Of a stretch of 64,000 bases of DNA, positions 1-17,417 are shown one piece after another; the stretch's first letter is position 1; each line of letters begins with the position of its first letter. The translations under genes and the position numbers were made by a program. The stretch spans positions 1 through 64,000 of the forward strand of contig NIVC01002873.1 in assembly GCA_002269645.1 (NCBI GenBank), in the 5' to 3' direction. The notes under the pieces were generated by a model. The model was not told where the DNA came from. It worked only from the letters and a program-made list of their open reading frames with translations, and ran no database searches. Source of the stretch: Macrostomum lignano (taxonomy: Eukaryota).

Positions 1-441
1 GGATTTTATGGTGGGGGGGACAAATTTTTCAAACCAAGAATTCAAAATGTACATACATTGACTCAATTTTGGCACTCATTTTGGCGCAGCATTCACCCAT
101 TTTAGCGCCGCAGGCACTCATTTTAGCGCCGTAGGCATTCCTATTAGCGCCGCAGCCACTCATTTTAGCGCCTTATTTTTTTAGCGCCGCAGGCACTCAT
201 TGTAGCGCCGCAGGCACTCATTTTAGGGCCGCATTCACTCATTTTAGCGCCGCAGGCACTCATTTTAGCGCCGCAGGCACTCATTTTGGCGCCGAAGGCG
301 CTATATTTTGGCGCCCTGAAAAATTTTTGATTACCACAACGACTCACAAGATGGGGTGGGGGACAAAGCAATGGCATGTCCCCCTAGAGCTTTTACTGGG
401 AGGGACATGTCCCCCCTGTCCCCCCGGTGGCGACGCGCCTG
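1..441. mobile_element. MITE-like element carrying an internal 21-bp minisatellite; left end just outside the window
   Basis: Internal unit ttttagcgccgcaggcactca at ~80-320. The right end gggggacatgtcccc...ggtggcgacgcgcctg and the left part ggatttt..ggtgggggg both match the complete copy at 23237-23652. Confidence 0.7.
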
Positions 442-1333
442 ATGATGCATAAATGTATAGCACTTTTCTTAAGGATTTTGCTGAAGCAATCGCCACTGGC
501 CAAGTGTGCATATACGTACGCATTTTCAGTCATCAATGAAATTTCTGAAAAAAAAGCAACTAAAGTAGTAAGAAGAGGATAAAATCCTTTGTATATTGGA
601 CACCTGAGATAATTTCACTCGTCATCAATTCAAACAACTTCTTGGTTCTGGACCTATTCCCATGACTATCAAAGCTTCATTGACAGGCTGCAGCTTTTCT
701 AACAACCTGACAATTTTAGACAGCGCAGCAAAAACCTGCTGAAAGACAGAAAGTAGAAGTCATTTTCACAGTCATACGCCTTCCATGATATCTTCCTTGC
801 CATGCATTATTTGTGTTTCGTTGAATCCAACCCGTCCAAATGTCAATATTGGCTTGCCATACCAACATGAATTCGCAGTAGCATAGAGTCTTTAGCCACG
901 CCAGGTACATGTATGCCAATTCATGAGAAGCGACCAAAAGCGGTCGGGTGCAAATGCACTATTTGCACAAAGGTCTGTGGTGTGTGTTCCGTTGCAGGCA
1001 AACTGTGTATGGAATATGAAAGGCATAAATGCCAAGTTCTAAAGCCTTGAGAGACAAAAGTCTCTGCTTTGTTAGCCCAATGAATTAAGCTGATAGAAAA
1101 TGACAGAGACACTGAATCGAGTGATCAGTCTCATCAGTCGGCCACCAGAAAGCAGATCTGAGCAGGCCATAACAGATATCATTCCATGGCTATCAAAGCA
1201 GTCTTCAGTGTTCAGCACAGCCTCTAAAGGTAATTTGCAATATTGAAGCATTATATTTTCTCCTACTTACATGTGTATAACAGCCCAGTTGTACAAAAAT
1301 AGTACTAAACTAATAATTGATTCCGTTATACAG

Positions 1334-5326
<3,993 letters not shown>

Positions 5327-5866
5327 CTTGGAATGTGCTCGATTGGATTGGCTGGTCAGCTGCACTTTTATGAAACAGACGACAGGTTTAAGACGTCTCT
5401 TTGTGACGTGACCATAAATATACTAAAATTCTAGTATGAAGCGTCATTTGAAAAACGAAAATCAATCAATTTATTGATCATATGTACGTATCAAGCGTTT
5501 GTAAAATTTCAAATCTTTGTTTTTAAACAGTAAACTTCTCATTTTTGCAAGGAGTAATGCCTCAGAAATGCTACTAAAAGTAGGCTAGTTGAGACATTTT
5601 TTCTCGAACGCACGCGTTTTCGTTACACTTTCATGTTTTAAAAAGTGGCTCATCTTTTTTGTTACTTTATATTCAATATAGGCAATTTATAATACAAAGG
5701 TGGGGAGCAATGATAGGTTGCATATTTAACAAAAATTTAAAAAAAATTTCTAGATAGAGGCTTGGAAGAACCTCATCAAGTCACAGAATAAATGCTATTA
5801 ACCAATACAATCAGCAATAATACTTCAACAGTAATGGCAATAATGATTCTGCACAGCTTCCGTCCG

Positions 5867-6822
5867 TTACGGACACAGGAAGGCCCCATCCTCAATGCTA
5901 GAGACGACGCGCGTGCGCAGCGGATAAACTGAGTTAAAGTGCTCAAATCGGTCCCTGACTTCGGAGGTCTTGTAGCAGAGATGGTACTCCGGCCTGCCGG
6001 ATTCCACGGCGCAGTCGGCGAGACGGCTGCAGCTGTAGCGCAGCGCCGTGCCGCCCCACACATCCGGGAAGCCGTTCAGATCGGTTAGAAACTCAACCTG
6101 AATTTTGAACAGCAAGTAGCATTCACTTGATGCGCCGTCCCAGTAACTCTGGTTTTTATGTGACAGACTTGGTCTGCTTTGCTCTGCTTTTATTTAAAGG
6201 CCCAATTTCGTTGTATTAACGAGAAAACAAGTAAGTTCCAGCTTAAAGCGACCCTGTCCTTACTTTCTGTTCTTCGAATGACCATATGAAGCTACTCAAA
6301 GTACGTGTTTGATCTGAGGTGATTTTGAAAGTTTAATTGGCTCTTGAAAAATATGACTTTTCCAGACTGATAAACTAACTCCTATCGATCCATATAAGTT
6401 ACTTCTAACAAGATAATTGCCTCTGAGAAACTCCGTCTCTGATGTAATGAGGCTCGTATTCTAAAAAAGATCTGTTTATATGCTGTCTACCCCGACTCAA
6501 GCTTACCCTGCAGCGAATCTGGTCTGGCGGCAGCCCCAACAGTCTGGCGCAGTCGACGCGTCGCGGGCAGATGCCGGACCGCACCGGATGGTCTCCGTCG
6601 TGAATGTACAAGCCGGAGCGGCAGTAGCGGTCTTCGTTGCGGCGATCGCGATGATGAAACGGAGATGCTGTAAAAGGAATAATATTCTAAGTTGATTTTC
6701 GGGCCATCTAACCGCATCTACATGTAGCTTAGAGACAGTGGGTAAAGCTTCAAAAAAATCTTACCAGTCGCGGCTGTGAAGCACAGGCCGCAAATGAAGA
6801 GCAGCTTCGCTATCGCCTGCAT
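5867..6822 (-). CDS. Small secreted cysteine-rich protein, 149 aa, 3 exons, no recognised family
   Basis: Exons 6822-6765, 6667-6507, 6097-5867 have GT-AG ends and matching phases. The product begins with a signal-peptide-like MQAIAKLLFICGLCFTAATA, followed by RDRR and 8 Cys, and ends FLCP*. Confidence 0.8.
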
Positions 6823-9800
6823 CCTCCTAAATCTTGAAGCTTCGAGTGATTAAAATTTTCAGCACAAAATTTCGTCGTTTATTCTTTGTCCGCCAAATAT
6901 TTTGAGGAGGAATGCCTCTCATATTTATAGCCCTGCAATACGAGTATGTTGCACCTTTAGTGGTGCACTAGTGGTGAAGCTAGGGCTATTTTTAGCCAGA
7001 ATTCTGGGTAATTCCTCCAGCCTCTCGGCACTGTAATGGATAATAGATATTAAGGCAGAGCTGCACTATGGAACCCTGCACGACTTAGAGGCGTGGGCGG
7101 GTCGGGTCTACCAGATGGACTGACGTAGCTTTATGGCTTCGGGCCGATTTTCTCTTTTGCAGATAAGGCCGGCAACCTCGCAGTTTTATTACTCGCTTTC
7201 TTGATCAAAAACGGCTGTCATTGGATGTCGGCCTAATAAGAGAGCAAATAAGTGTCTTAGTTTATGGAAAGACGTCCGAAGTACGATGAATCACGTGCCA
7301 TCACTAGTGGCTGATCACGCTTAGTCTTCGTGACAGATAGCTTAGCGGGTGAGGCATTTTCACAGGGCTACTCAGAAATGTCTGCTGTCTACACCTTTTC
7401 GCGTCCAATTTGGACCGAACTCAAGTTCTAAGAAACTAAAGAAAACTAAACTCTGACTGAAAACAATAAAAGCAACTTTAGGATCCTGATCAAAGCTAAG
7501 CTTTTATGAAGCAATTCTGCTTATTTGTTTCTTACTGATGTTCAGCCAACACCGCCATAGATTATTGAAGTGTTTTTCAAATAATGATGGCTAACGAATA
7601 GAGACTTACAGAAAGAAAATCGTTGAAAAAAATAAAAAAAACAGGAAACGCGGCCACAAATTGCGCGCGATTTCGCAAATTTCGTGCGAAGTCGTTTAGG
7701 AGATCCATTGTACTCGTACAATCGATCTTCTTAAACTAGACAGGTGCAGGTAGTGCTACTATAGCGCTTGACATGCTAAATGAGAATTTGGCCTAGCTAG
7801 CTGAGACTCAGCTATCTGCTGCAGGCAGACTCAAACACAGACATATACGAGCTACGAGTAGATATTGACATAGACAGCTTGACAAGCAAATTGAGAATTT
7901 GACACGCGAATGAGAATCACGCCATTTTCTGTCGTTTCGCCTCGCTTGCAATCCCACTCTCTGCATACAAAATGGCACCACCTGTGACTTCTGCTCATCG
8001 AAGGCGGCCACAGCAAAAATAGTAAATGCATGACTGGCTCCAGAAGTCAGTTCTACGGCGACACCTTCTATTCCCACTCGATTTACGGGAATCACAGAAT
8101 TCTTACATCCTCATATTTGGCCGTATGAATAAAGTGAGCAATAACTGGCGAGTTTCACCTCAAACTCAAACTCAACAGGTTTATTTTAGAACGGCTGTTC
8201 GAACTGGATGACAACACTATAAAATAAATCGAGCTCCATTAACAGTGAGCAATACGAGTAATGATGTTATAGAGAAGACATGTCTCTGACTCTCTTGTTA
8301 CGTGAACTCTGCGAAACTATACTTCTTGACGAGTTGGTCTGTCACTTGTAGTAAAAGTTGAAGGGCCTGATCAGCTGTTGAGGGTGGCCTGCCATGGCTC
8401 CTGCTGCGGCTTCTGACACCATTGGTACCGGCAGAGTGGAAGAGACGGCTGCTTCTGTTTAGCCGATACTTCAGCTCCGAGATCGGCAAGATCTTCAACC
8501 AAATTGTCCAATTCTGGATCCAAAGCGTAGCTGCATCCAACGCCAAGAACAGGTAATCCAGTCCGTTGCTCCACTATGGACCGGACTTTTCTGCTTCTAC
8601 AGAAAAGAGAGATAGAAAGTCCATCTCTTCGCGAATCAAGCCGCTGATATCACCACCAAAGTATGGATTTCATGTCGAGCAGAGGCATGCCAATTGTTGC
8701 CTCGAAGTGCAGAGAAATATTGAAACACCATCCTTAAGAAGATGATTCTCTCAACTTAACTGTAGATGAATTAATTGAACATGGACCATAAACTGTGAAA
8801 ATGATTCCATAGACTGAAATCTATTCAGCAGGTAGAGAAACAGGTACCTCGCGTCTGACTCACATGCACTGCAATCCATGGACTTTTGGCTGCCGAGCAG
8901 AGAAATGACGTCTGTGACCAGAGTGACGTCTATGGTACTGGTGAATTCTTCGGACTTAAACACAGCGAACAAAGGTTGACTGAGGTTGGATGACCCTTAG
9001 GCTGAGATAAAGCTACAGTACTCTCGCACGAGCTCATATGGCTGGCCTGCTAATTGAAATGCCACTCTTGAAAGTTTTGCTTTGTTAATAGATTTCACTT
9101 TGCTGGAGACAATCTTTTAAAATGCATTGCCCCTCTACAGCGAACTTTTAGGCTTTGTGCCGATGAATTCAGTGTAATCTAAATATACTAAATATCTAAG
9201 GTTTGTATGCATGTAACAATTTCAATTTTTATTAATGAAACTCTGACTTCCAGAATTCACTAGCTCGTTGTGTGATCCTGAACACTGTATCTATCGCCAT
9301 GTTTTGTGCACAGTTCAGACAAAGCCAGGAAAGCAATCACCTACAATTAGTGTTATTCTATTCCTAATTTGACCGGAATCTCATCATTTGAATGCTATAC
9401 AACTGCAATACAGCAATGTCTAGCTGTATATTAAAGCGTGATACGAGCCATTAACTGTTTCTGTCAACGGCAGTTCAAAGTCTTGTGATCGTGGCAGTTT
9501 GCGAAAACAATTTTGATGCCGCAGCAGCAACTGCAAATGCAGGGTACGATAAATAGAAGCGCCTTCTCCTTATCATTTTTAGCGGAAAATGGGCACGCCG
9601 AGACGGCCGGTCTGAGCCCACGATATTAGAGTCAGTCTTTGAGCTGCCGCAAATGCCATGCTTTACGCGACTGTTCACGCCATGCCTGGGCCGTCAGACC
9701 CGGCGCAGGGTCGCGACCCCTGGCACGCTATAGGAAGTTGGGTGGCGACAGCGGGGGCAAAGGTCCAGCCGGCAGCGCACTGCAAGCGAGTGGGTGACCT

Positions 9801-10632
9801 CAGTGGTGCAGTGCAAACATTAAAAAGCAATGGCACGCACTGTTGAAAAAAAGAAAGTTTGCTGTGTGTGTGAAAAAGGACAGCTTTTTTTCTTCAAAAG
9901 TTACTCCAGCTCAAATAAATTAATCAGTTGTCAATCTGACTTCCGGGAATGACAATTATCTTTTTAATGTTCAGTAATTGCTCGTGCAGCTTAGAATTCA
10001 TAAAAACCTAACGTCAATGAGAAATGATTTACAACCATAAGTACATCGAACATGTCCGACATCTGTGCTTCCTTCCAATGGTGTCCGTGTTCAAGTCCGG
10101 GGATTCAAAATTCAATAAATGGCAAGGAGAAGCTTGCCCCAATATTTCATAAAGAAGATCGAGAAGTACAAGAAAACTGCGTGTTGCGGCAAAGCAGCAT
10201 CGCGTCATTTTTCCTTGTGCCAGGAAACCCAGGTGTGGCCCATGATTGCTCAGCCCGTGAGGCTCAATTTCCAGGTGTTGTCATTTTAACTTGGCGTGAC
10301 ACATTTCTAGAATCGCACTTCAGTTTAATTGTCCAACCCATGTGGATGGGGACAGGAATACATGAGTACATGAAACTGAGTATCGAGAGTAGCTGTTGGT
10401 ACGCATTCCTGCAGAAGGCAATACAAATTCAATTCATTTTGTCAAATAAACAGTAGTATGTAGAGCGTCATATATTCAAAGATCATTAAATCCGAATAGG
10501 TAACTGGTAATAGAAGAAAAGGGTTAAAATATTAACAATATAATATTAGCAGTTGTTGTGATAATCCAAGTTATGCTTGTATAGTAGTTAAGTAATCATG
10601 ATGCGCAACACTCAAAGCAGCTGTGAATACAG

Positions 10633-13371
10633 TCAAACGCCACCTTTGAACGAGTGGTTGAACATCACTACGAACTCTGAAAAACGGCCAATTTATTATG
10701 CAACTTTTTGTTACTTTTCTGCTCATCCACTTGTTAAATTTGTCAATAAAATCAAGTTTCCGTCTTCAGTGGGGCGTCGCCAAATCGCAGCAAATCACTC
10801 ACTCACGCCTCTAGTCCCAAGTCACAAGTCACAAGTAACAAGCCTCAAGCTCCAAGAAAGAGTCACAAGCCAGAATTGATTCGAATATTGCAAAGTGAAA
10901 CCACGAAAGTCAGTGGACACCATGAGATAAGCTACAGGCCGTAACACTCTGTACACAAGCTACAGCTACAGCTGCAGGCCACTATGCATGTACACCAGCT
11001 ACAGTAGTTAGACACAAGCTCCATGCATATAGATGCAATATTACATGCATTTAGACACAAGCTTACAAGCATAGAGACACAAGCTACATGTTAACAAACA
11101 CAGCTACATGTTATCAGACACAGCTACATGCATACAGACACAAGCTACATGTTATCAGACACAGCTACATGTTACCAGACACAGCTACATGCATACAGAC
11201 ACAAGCTACATGTTAACAGACACAGCTACATGTTACCAGACACAGCTACATGCATACAGACACAGTTACATGCATATAGACACAAGCTACATGTATACAG
11301 ACACAGCTACATGCATATACACACAAGCTACATGCATATAGACACAAGCTACATGCATATACACACAAGCTACATGCATATAGACACAAGCTACATGCAT
11401 ATACACACAAGCTTACATGCATATACACACAAGCTTACATGCATATACACACAAGCTTACATGCATATAGACACAAGCTACATGCATATACACACAAGCT
11501 TACATGCATATACACACAAGCTTACATGCATATACACACAAGCTACATGCATATACACACAAGCTTACATGCATATACACACAAGCTACATGTATATACA
11601 CACAAGCTACATGCATATACACACAAGCTACATGTATACAGACACAAGCTACATACATAAAGACACAACCACGCGTCTCCAGACACAAGGTTCAAGGTAC
11701 ATGCATACAGACACAACCACGCAGACACAAGGTTCAAGGTACAGCAACGCTCACCTCGGTAGCTGATTCGGCCGTCTTCATTGGCGTCGGCACTCTTGAA
11801 CATCTCGTCGATTTCCTCGTACGACATTGGCTCGCCAATTGATTTTAGAACAAACTCCAACTCTTGACGGCTGATGTAGCCATTTTTGTCCCGATCAAAC
11901 ATCTGAATTTATAGCATGCGGGTTCGAAAATATCCCCTATATTTGTGACTTCTTCTAAATTTGCGACAAGAAAACGTTTTAGCAAACACAAAATTAACCT
12001 CGAAAGCTTTCATCAGTTCGTCGTCCATCTCGTTCGACGATTTAAACGTCCCATTAGTCCTCATGATGCGAGCGAATTCATCAAAGTCAATCTTGCCGTC
12101 CTTCACTGCGATTTAAGGTTAAAGAAATTTGTTTGGAATTGAACTATGAATGGATTCTGTGCTGAGTACATTTCGTGCGAAACACCAGACTAACCCAGCA
12201 CATCAGCCTCCTGAATGATGGTGTCCACATCCTTCTGAGTGGGATTCTGGCCCATAGCCTGCAGGATGTTGCGCAGTTCGAAGCTTTCAATATAGCCAGA
12301 ATTGTTCTGATCGAACAGGGTGAACATATCTGAAATTAAGACCGATTTTTCGGTCCAGGTATATTACTTGAATTTCGATGTTAAATTGCATTAGCTCCTA
12401 CGAGCATATAAGAATCAGAATAACAGGATCATTTTATGGGTTGTCACTGTTATGGAACGTACGAGCTAGATGAGTATAGCAATACCAAGGACCATCTTCG
12501 TGCAGAAAGAGGGTCTATGGTAGAGCTATTGTATCACGACCTTTTTGCCCGGCGGGCACTACTTATTCAATCCCAGGTCAAGACTACATTTAAGCCCGCA
12601 TGAATCGAACGAAAGTTGAAGTCTATGGTCTATGATTGAAATGTGGAAGCTTCGCCCCCACACCCCCAGCACCCCCAGCACCCCCAGCACCCCCAGCACC
12701 CCCAGCACCCCAGCACCCCCACAGTAGCCCCCCCCCGCACCCCCACTTCTCACGCTCTTTAATTTCTTCTTTCACAGCCTTGCTGAGACAGAAATGTCTA
12801 TGGCACAATAACAGCAATACCCATGCTTTAAGGGCGTAAATGGCACATCAGAGGGCACCTGCTTCAGGGACCCTAGCTACCGTGGCACAGAAACACAGCT
12901 CTCACAATTTAGCTGAACTCGTGTGTTTGACAACGGCGCCCTCTGATTTCCCATTTGCGCCCTTAAAAGTATGGGTATTGATATGCTATTCCCATCCGAT
13001 TTTCTAGGGCGGTAAGAAACGTCATGGCCAAAAGTCCATGGATTGCAATGTGAATCAAACGCGAGATTGTTTCTCGGCTATCCGGTAAATCGGATGGAAA
13101 ATTCTATATTACTTGCTTCTATTCTCTGAGTATAATTTTGTATGGCATAATAGCATTCTCCCAGCTTCGTTCCGCCCCCGCATTCGATCCTGCCTCTCCT
13201 TTCCCCGCGAAGCCCATTATTAAATTTGCAACTATTCACTCCGTTCTTGCGCGTCTCTCCACTCCGCCAACTACAAATGAATTCTAAAATTGCATTAAAA
13301 ATGACTCTGTCTAGAATTTGCATCGATTGGGCCTCACCTTTCAGCTCCGCGTCCGTGATCTGCTGGTCCAT
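10633..13371 (-). CDS. Calmodulin-like four-EF-hand protein, 155 aa, 5 coding exons
   Basis: Exons 13371-13338, 12329-12195, 12105-11999, 11902-11755, 10676-10633 join in frame. EF loops are DQNNSGYIESFE, DVLVKDGKIDFDE, DRDKNGYISRQE and DANEDGRISYRE. Confidence 0.92.
11050..11720. repeat. 20-22-bp minisatellite (acacaagctacatgcatat-type) in the last intron of the calmodulin-like gene
   Basis: Tandem degenerate units are directly visible and account for the pseudo-ORFs at 11108-11842. Confidence 0.95.
12659..12722. repeat. 9-bp (cacccccag)n repeat
   Basis: About 7 tandem copies in intron 1 of the calmodulin-like gene. Confidence 0.9.
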
Positions 13372-14869
13372 TTTTTCTCCGCCGGCCGGCACGGAGGAAG
13401 CTGTGCGGTAGATGGTGTGCAGTAGAATAAGTCGCTGAAACCGGTGGGACGAGACAAAACGGTTTGAGCTAACCTGTGTAGTCACAGCCTAGAAAAAGAT
13501 ATTGCACTTAAGTCGCCAATTGGATCAGCCTCTCCCCAAGCAGAAAGGCCCGAGCGCTGTTGACTCAGCCTGAGTAGCTAGCGGCAGTTTTTGCCCCAGT
13601 GCGCACACGCGGAAGAAAGCCGATCCCGCTGAAACCCTGCAAGCTGCACCCGCAGCATTGCTTTCTCTTGCGCAGAAGAAGAATGAAAATCAGACAGACG
13701 GGGGGGCACAAGTAGACCGGAAGGAAGGCCAAAAAATAGTTCGCCCAACCTGCTCGCCAACCGCAAAAACCAACCAGAATACAAAGATAATCAATGAGGT
13801 GACAGGCAACTCCCCACACACAGAATTAAACTAAAAGAAAAATTTGGAAAACCTGTTTCGCCGATGAAGGTGCTGGGCTGTCAGACACGCAGGCCTCTTA
13901 TTTGCACAGATGAGTCGGAAACCTGGCGCAGAATAAACTGTCTTACAGGCTGCCCATTTTGTTCCTGAAATTCATATCTGCTGCTGCGAGCTAAATAATG
14001 CGAGCCGAGCGACAATGGAATGAAAGAGTGCTTTATTTGCATTGACAACAGGTGCTGGGTATGCGGCTGGGGATGAGGGAGAAGGGATAGGGATTGGGTA
14101 AATGAGGGGGTGAGAGCGCTGTTAAGGAGAGAACCACCGAGATCCGTGCCGTTGCCAAGCCATGCGCCGGTCGCGACTCCCACCCTACTGCTGCTATCCG
14201 TTGCGAGGCGGTTTTTTCAATAAAATGCGATTCCCCTGCCCGCGGGGAGAAATGAAAATGCAGGCGGGATCTGGCAGGGAGGCGAAGCAGCGGTCGTCGT
14301 TATAGAAATTGACGGCAGCAATCTCGCTTTGATAGAAAAATGTACAGCCTAGATGGACGAATGTGTAGCTGAACCAGACCCGACAGTCCGTATTGACGAG
14401 CGGCTGGAGAATCCTAGAACGCTTTTAATTCTGGAAGCAATCCATTAGCTAAGTCTCCTTATCAAACAGAAAAAGCGGTATCTATTTCAACAGGTCAGAT
14501 GAGACTTCTCTTCACCTAAATGGTCTGAAATTAACCTGATTCGGCATTACCTGTGAGATTACGGTGCGTTTTTTGGCCAAACAGTGAAAGACAGTGAGTG
14601 CTCAACAAGTTCGACTGGTGAAAAAAATCTTGAGCGCAGATCTGAGAAGAGCAAACTGGGCGGCGGAACTGAGCTTCCAGATTCCCGATCCTCTTATTTG
14701 CTGAAATATTCAGTGACGAAATGCAGAGCTGGGGAGGGGGCGAGAGGAGCAAAAAATGGTTGGCTGAGATCAAACTCCTCAGTTGGGATTGAATGCTGAG
14801 TGCAGCAGTGGATTCATATTCCGTAAAAACCACTATTCCTCATTTATGCTCTCTGCATATCCATGTAAT

Positions 14870-15190
14870 CAGTGAGCTGAGCAGTAAGTGCTCTAATAAG
14901 TGAACTGAGCAGTGCTCTCTAATCAGTGAACTGAGCAGTGCTCTCTAATCAGTGAATTGAGCAGTGCTCTCTAATCAGTGAACTGAGCAGTGCTCTCTAA
15001 TCAGTGAATTGAGCAGTGCTCTCTAATCAGTGAACTGAGCAGTGCTCTCTAATCAGTGAGCTAATCAAGTTGATAGAGCAGTGCTCTCTAATCAGTGAGC
15101 TGAGCAGTGCTCTCTAATCAGTGAGCTGAGCAGTGCTCTCTAATCAGTGAGCTGAGCAGTGCTCTCTAATCAGTGAGCTGAGCAATCTAA
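14870..15190. repeat. 26-bp minisatellite aatcagtga(a/g)ctgagcagtgctctct
   Basis: About 11 tandem copies with period 26 (e.g. 14921, 14947). Confidence 0.95.
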
Positions 15191-15841
15191 GCAGGGAGCT
15201 GAGCAGACGAAGTTCTCGGCAGCAGAAATAGACTTGGTGTCTGTCCAGCAGCTGAGCTCTCCACTTTCCTTGGCTCTGCTCTGCTCTGTGCTCAACTGTA
15301 ATGAAAGAGAAAATGAGGCAAGTGAGAATACTGAAAGGTTCTGGCTGGGACAAGCGTTCCTCATCCGGCTTTCTCACTCTCGCTGAAAAAAGTACGGTCA
15401 AAGTCTAATTTTGAAAGCTTTCGCTCAGCTCAGTGGCACAGAGAGAAAATACATTGCAGAAAAGGAAATGATTGAAGTGTAAATAGACTGACACTTGGCG
15501 CAGGCTGAAACTTTTGAAATCATGTCATGGTGCCGTGGGAGTGAGAAATGAGCATAGCAGCTCAGAGTCATTTCACTGCTCAAGTAGGCTGAGGCTTTTG
15601 ATATATGTTCCAGTTTTCTACCATTACGTAGACACAATGCAAGTGAATTGGTTTTCGTGGCAAGATTAATAACATATTTCTGTTAGTCTTCATCATCTGA
15701 CTAAAGTGACTAAAGTCAGTTCTTTTAGAGAATGCAACATTTAAAGAAATTTCGAGTGTCGTGAATGCGACTTCCAGACCAAGGATGATATGTTTAATTG
15801 CAAACTGCTTTGAGAATTTTTAGTTTTGTATAATTGTTAGA

Positions 15842-16115
15842 CTTTGGTCTTGCCCATAGACATAGACGGAGACGGAGAAAAGCAAGCAACTTGATGATTC
15901 GGCCATAGACATCAGCATAAGAAGCATGCCAGCAGCAACCTCTCTTATAGTCTCCTCTCTCTCTCTCTCTCTCGCCTCAGTTTTCAAACTGCTTTTGAAT
16001 TTTTAAGCTCATGCTCAAACACCGAATATTGTGTAGTAAAGATCAGAACTATCAACTTGGTTACATAGACATAGAATTATCCACCTATGTCTATGTCTAT
16101 GGGCAAGACCAAATC
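15842..16115. mobile_element. Small inverted-repeat element (MITE-like) enclosing a (CT)n tract
   Basis: tttggtcttgcccatagacatagac at ~15843 is the reverse complement of gtctatgtctatgggcaagaccaaa at ~16088. No clear TSD. Confidence 0.5.
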
Positions 16116-16212
16116 TACTGCTGCCAAATGAGTGATCTCACCTTGGCTGACTTAATTGTCACCTTGGCTGACAAAAGCAATACTTTTCCCTGGGCTAAAA
16201 GTTTTTACTACA

Positions 16213-16746
16213 GCTTTTTGCAGTCAGTTTGAGCTTAGGAGCAGGTGACTTGATCCAGAGTGGCAGAGCGCTGCACACAAGACAACTGCTGCCCCAGTCT
16301 ATGGCCCAAAAGTTTGACTCGTGAGCAAAGACTTAATCTTTGGAGCATTCAACTCAGTCCTCTCATGTCTGCTAAAACGCTATGAGGCAAGCCTTGGACA
16401 GAGGTGAGCGACCGCGGTCGATATCGCGAAATGGACCGAACATTAGCGTCAATTAAACGTTGGTAAAAATAGACTGGTCACCGCAATTGTCTTCCTCGTG
16501 GTGATGACAGAGGACCAAAACTTGGAGCTTCGTTATACTTTATTGCTTTACGATAATAAGAATAAAGCCAGGATCCAAAACGGCTAAGAATGGACTGAGT
16601 GAATGCTCCCAAGATTGAGTCTTTGCCCACCAGCCAAAATTTTGGGCCATTGACTGAGGGCAGCACGGCAGCTGTCTTGTGTGCAGCGCTCTGCCACTTT
16701 GGATTAAGTCAACTGCTCTTAAGCTCAAAGTGACTGTAAAAAGCTA
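16213..16746. mobile_element. Foldback/MITE-like element with ~150-bp diverged inverted arms
   Basis: The arm ...tttgagcttaggagcaggtgacttgatccagagtggcagagcgctgcacacaagac... (16213-16360) is complementary to ...gtcttgtgtgcagcgctctgccactttggattaagtcaactgctcttaagctcaaa... (16575-16746). Confidence 0.65.
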
Positions 16747-17417
16747 CTTAAAATCCGTTACTCAAAATCGAAAAAGTTTTGGTAGAGTTACCTATGAATT
16801 CGAATATTTTTACCGGTATTTTCACCAAACGATAAGCCGCGATATTCCACCACCACCACTGGTACGCAAGTTTTATTCGCAAACAGGAAATTGAAGAGTA
16901 AGGGAAATTTTACATGTATAGTTACGCAATTTAAAAGGAGATACGCTAGTAGTTCAGTGCGGTAGGAGTTAAATACAGCTACCCTTTACAAGACGCTTAG
17001 CTCGCATTTACGACTAAGAGTTACGCGACTCTTCGTAAAGTGCGATGACTGCAATAGCAAACTTTGTGGATTGAATGGCTCGTAAGATTACATGTAAATA
17101 CGTACGAGGGATAACCCAACTTTGGAAACCTAAAAAAACACGAGGGCATCCCTGCTTTGCTCGTAAAACAAAGCAAATCAGAAAATTGAAACATTCCAAT
17201 GTTCACACTTTGTTCGCATACTCTACGAAGACTACTAATAGTAATGAGGATATTCTCTGAAGAAGCCTGTGACACGCTTTCTAAATTGTTTTAAGTAGTA
17301 ATATAGCAAAGTACGGAACCCGAAAGAGTAAAGTGGTACGTGTATACTTTCTCAGCGCTCGCTATGAACACGCCAGTGTCAAAGTTTGCTCACTAATGTT
17401 TCTCTGGAACAATTTGA

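Noticed and set aside
7800-9200. Short minus-strand ORFs of moderate GC that might be a decayed transposase or gene
   Set aside because: Frames are interrupted by stops, with no recognisable motif or consistent splice pattern.
9590-9850. GC-rich island with the palindrome cagggtcgcgacccctg
   Set aside because: I could not identify matching termini, a TSD or a coding frame.
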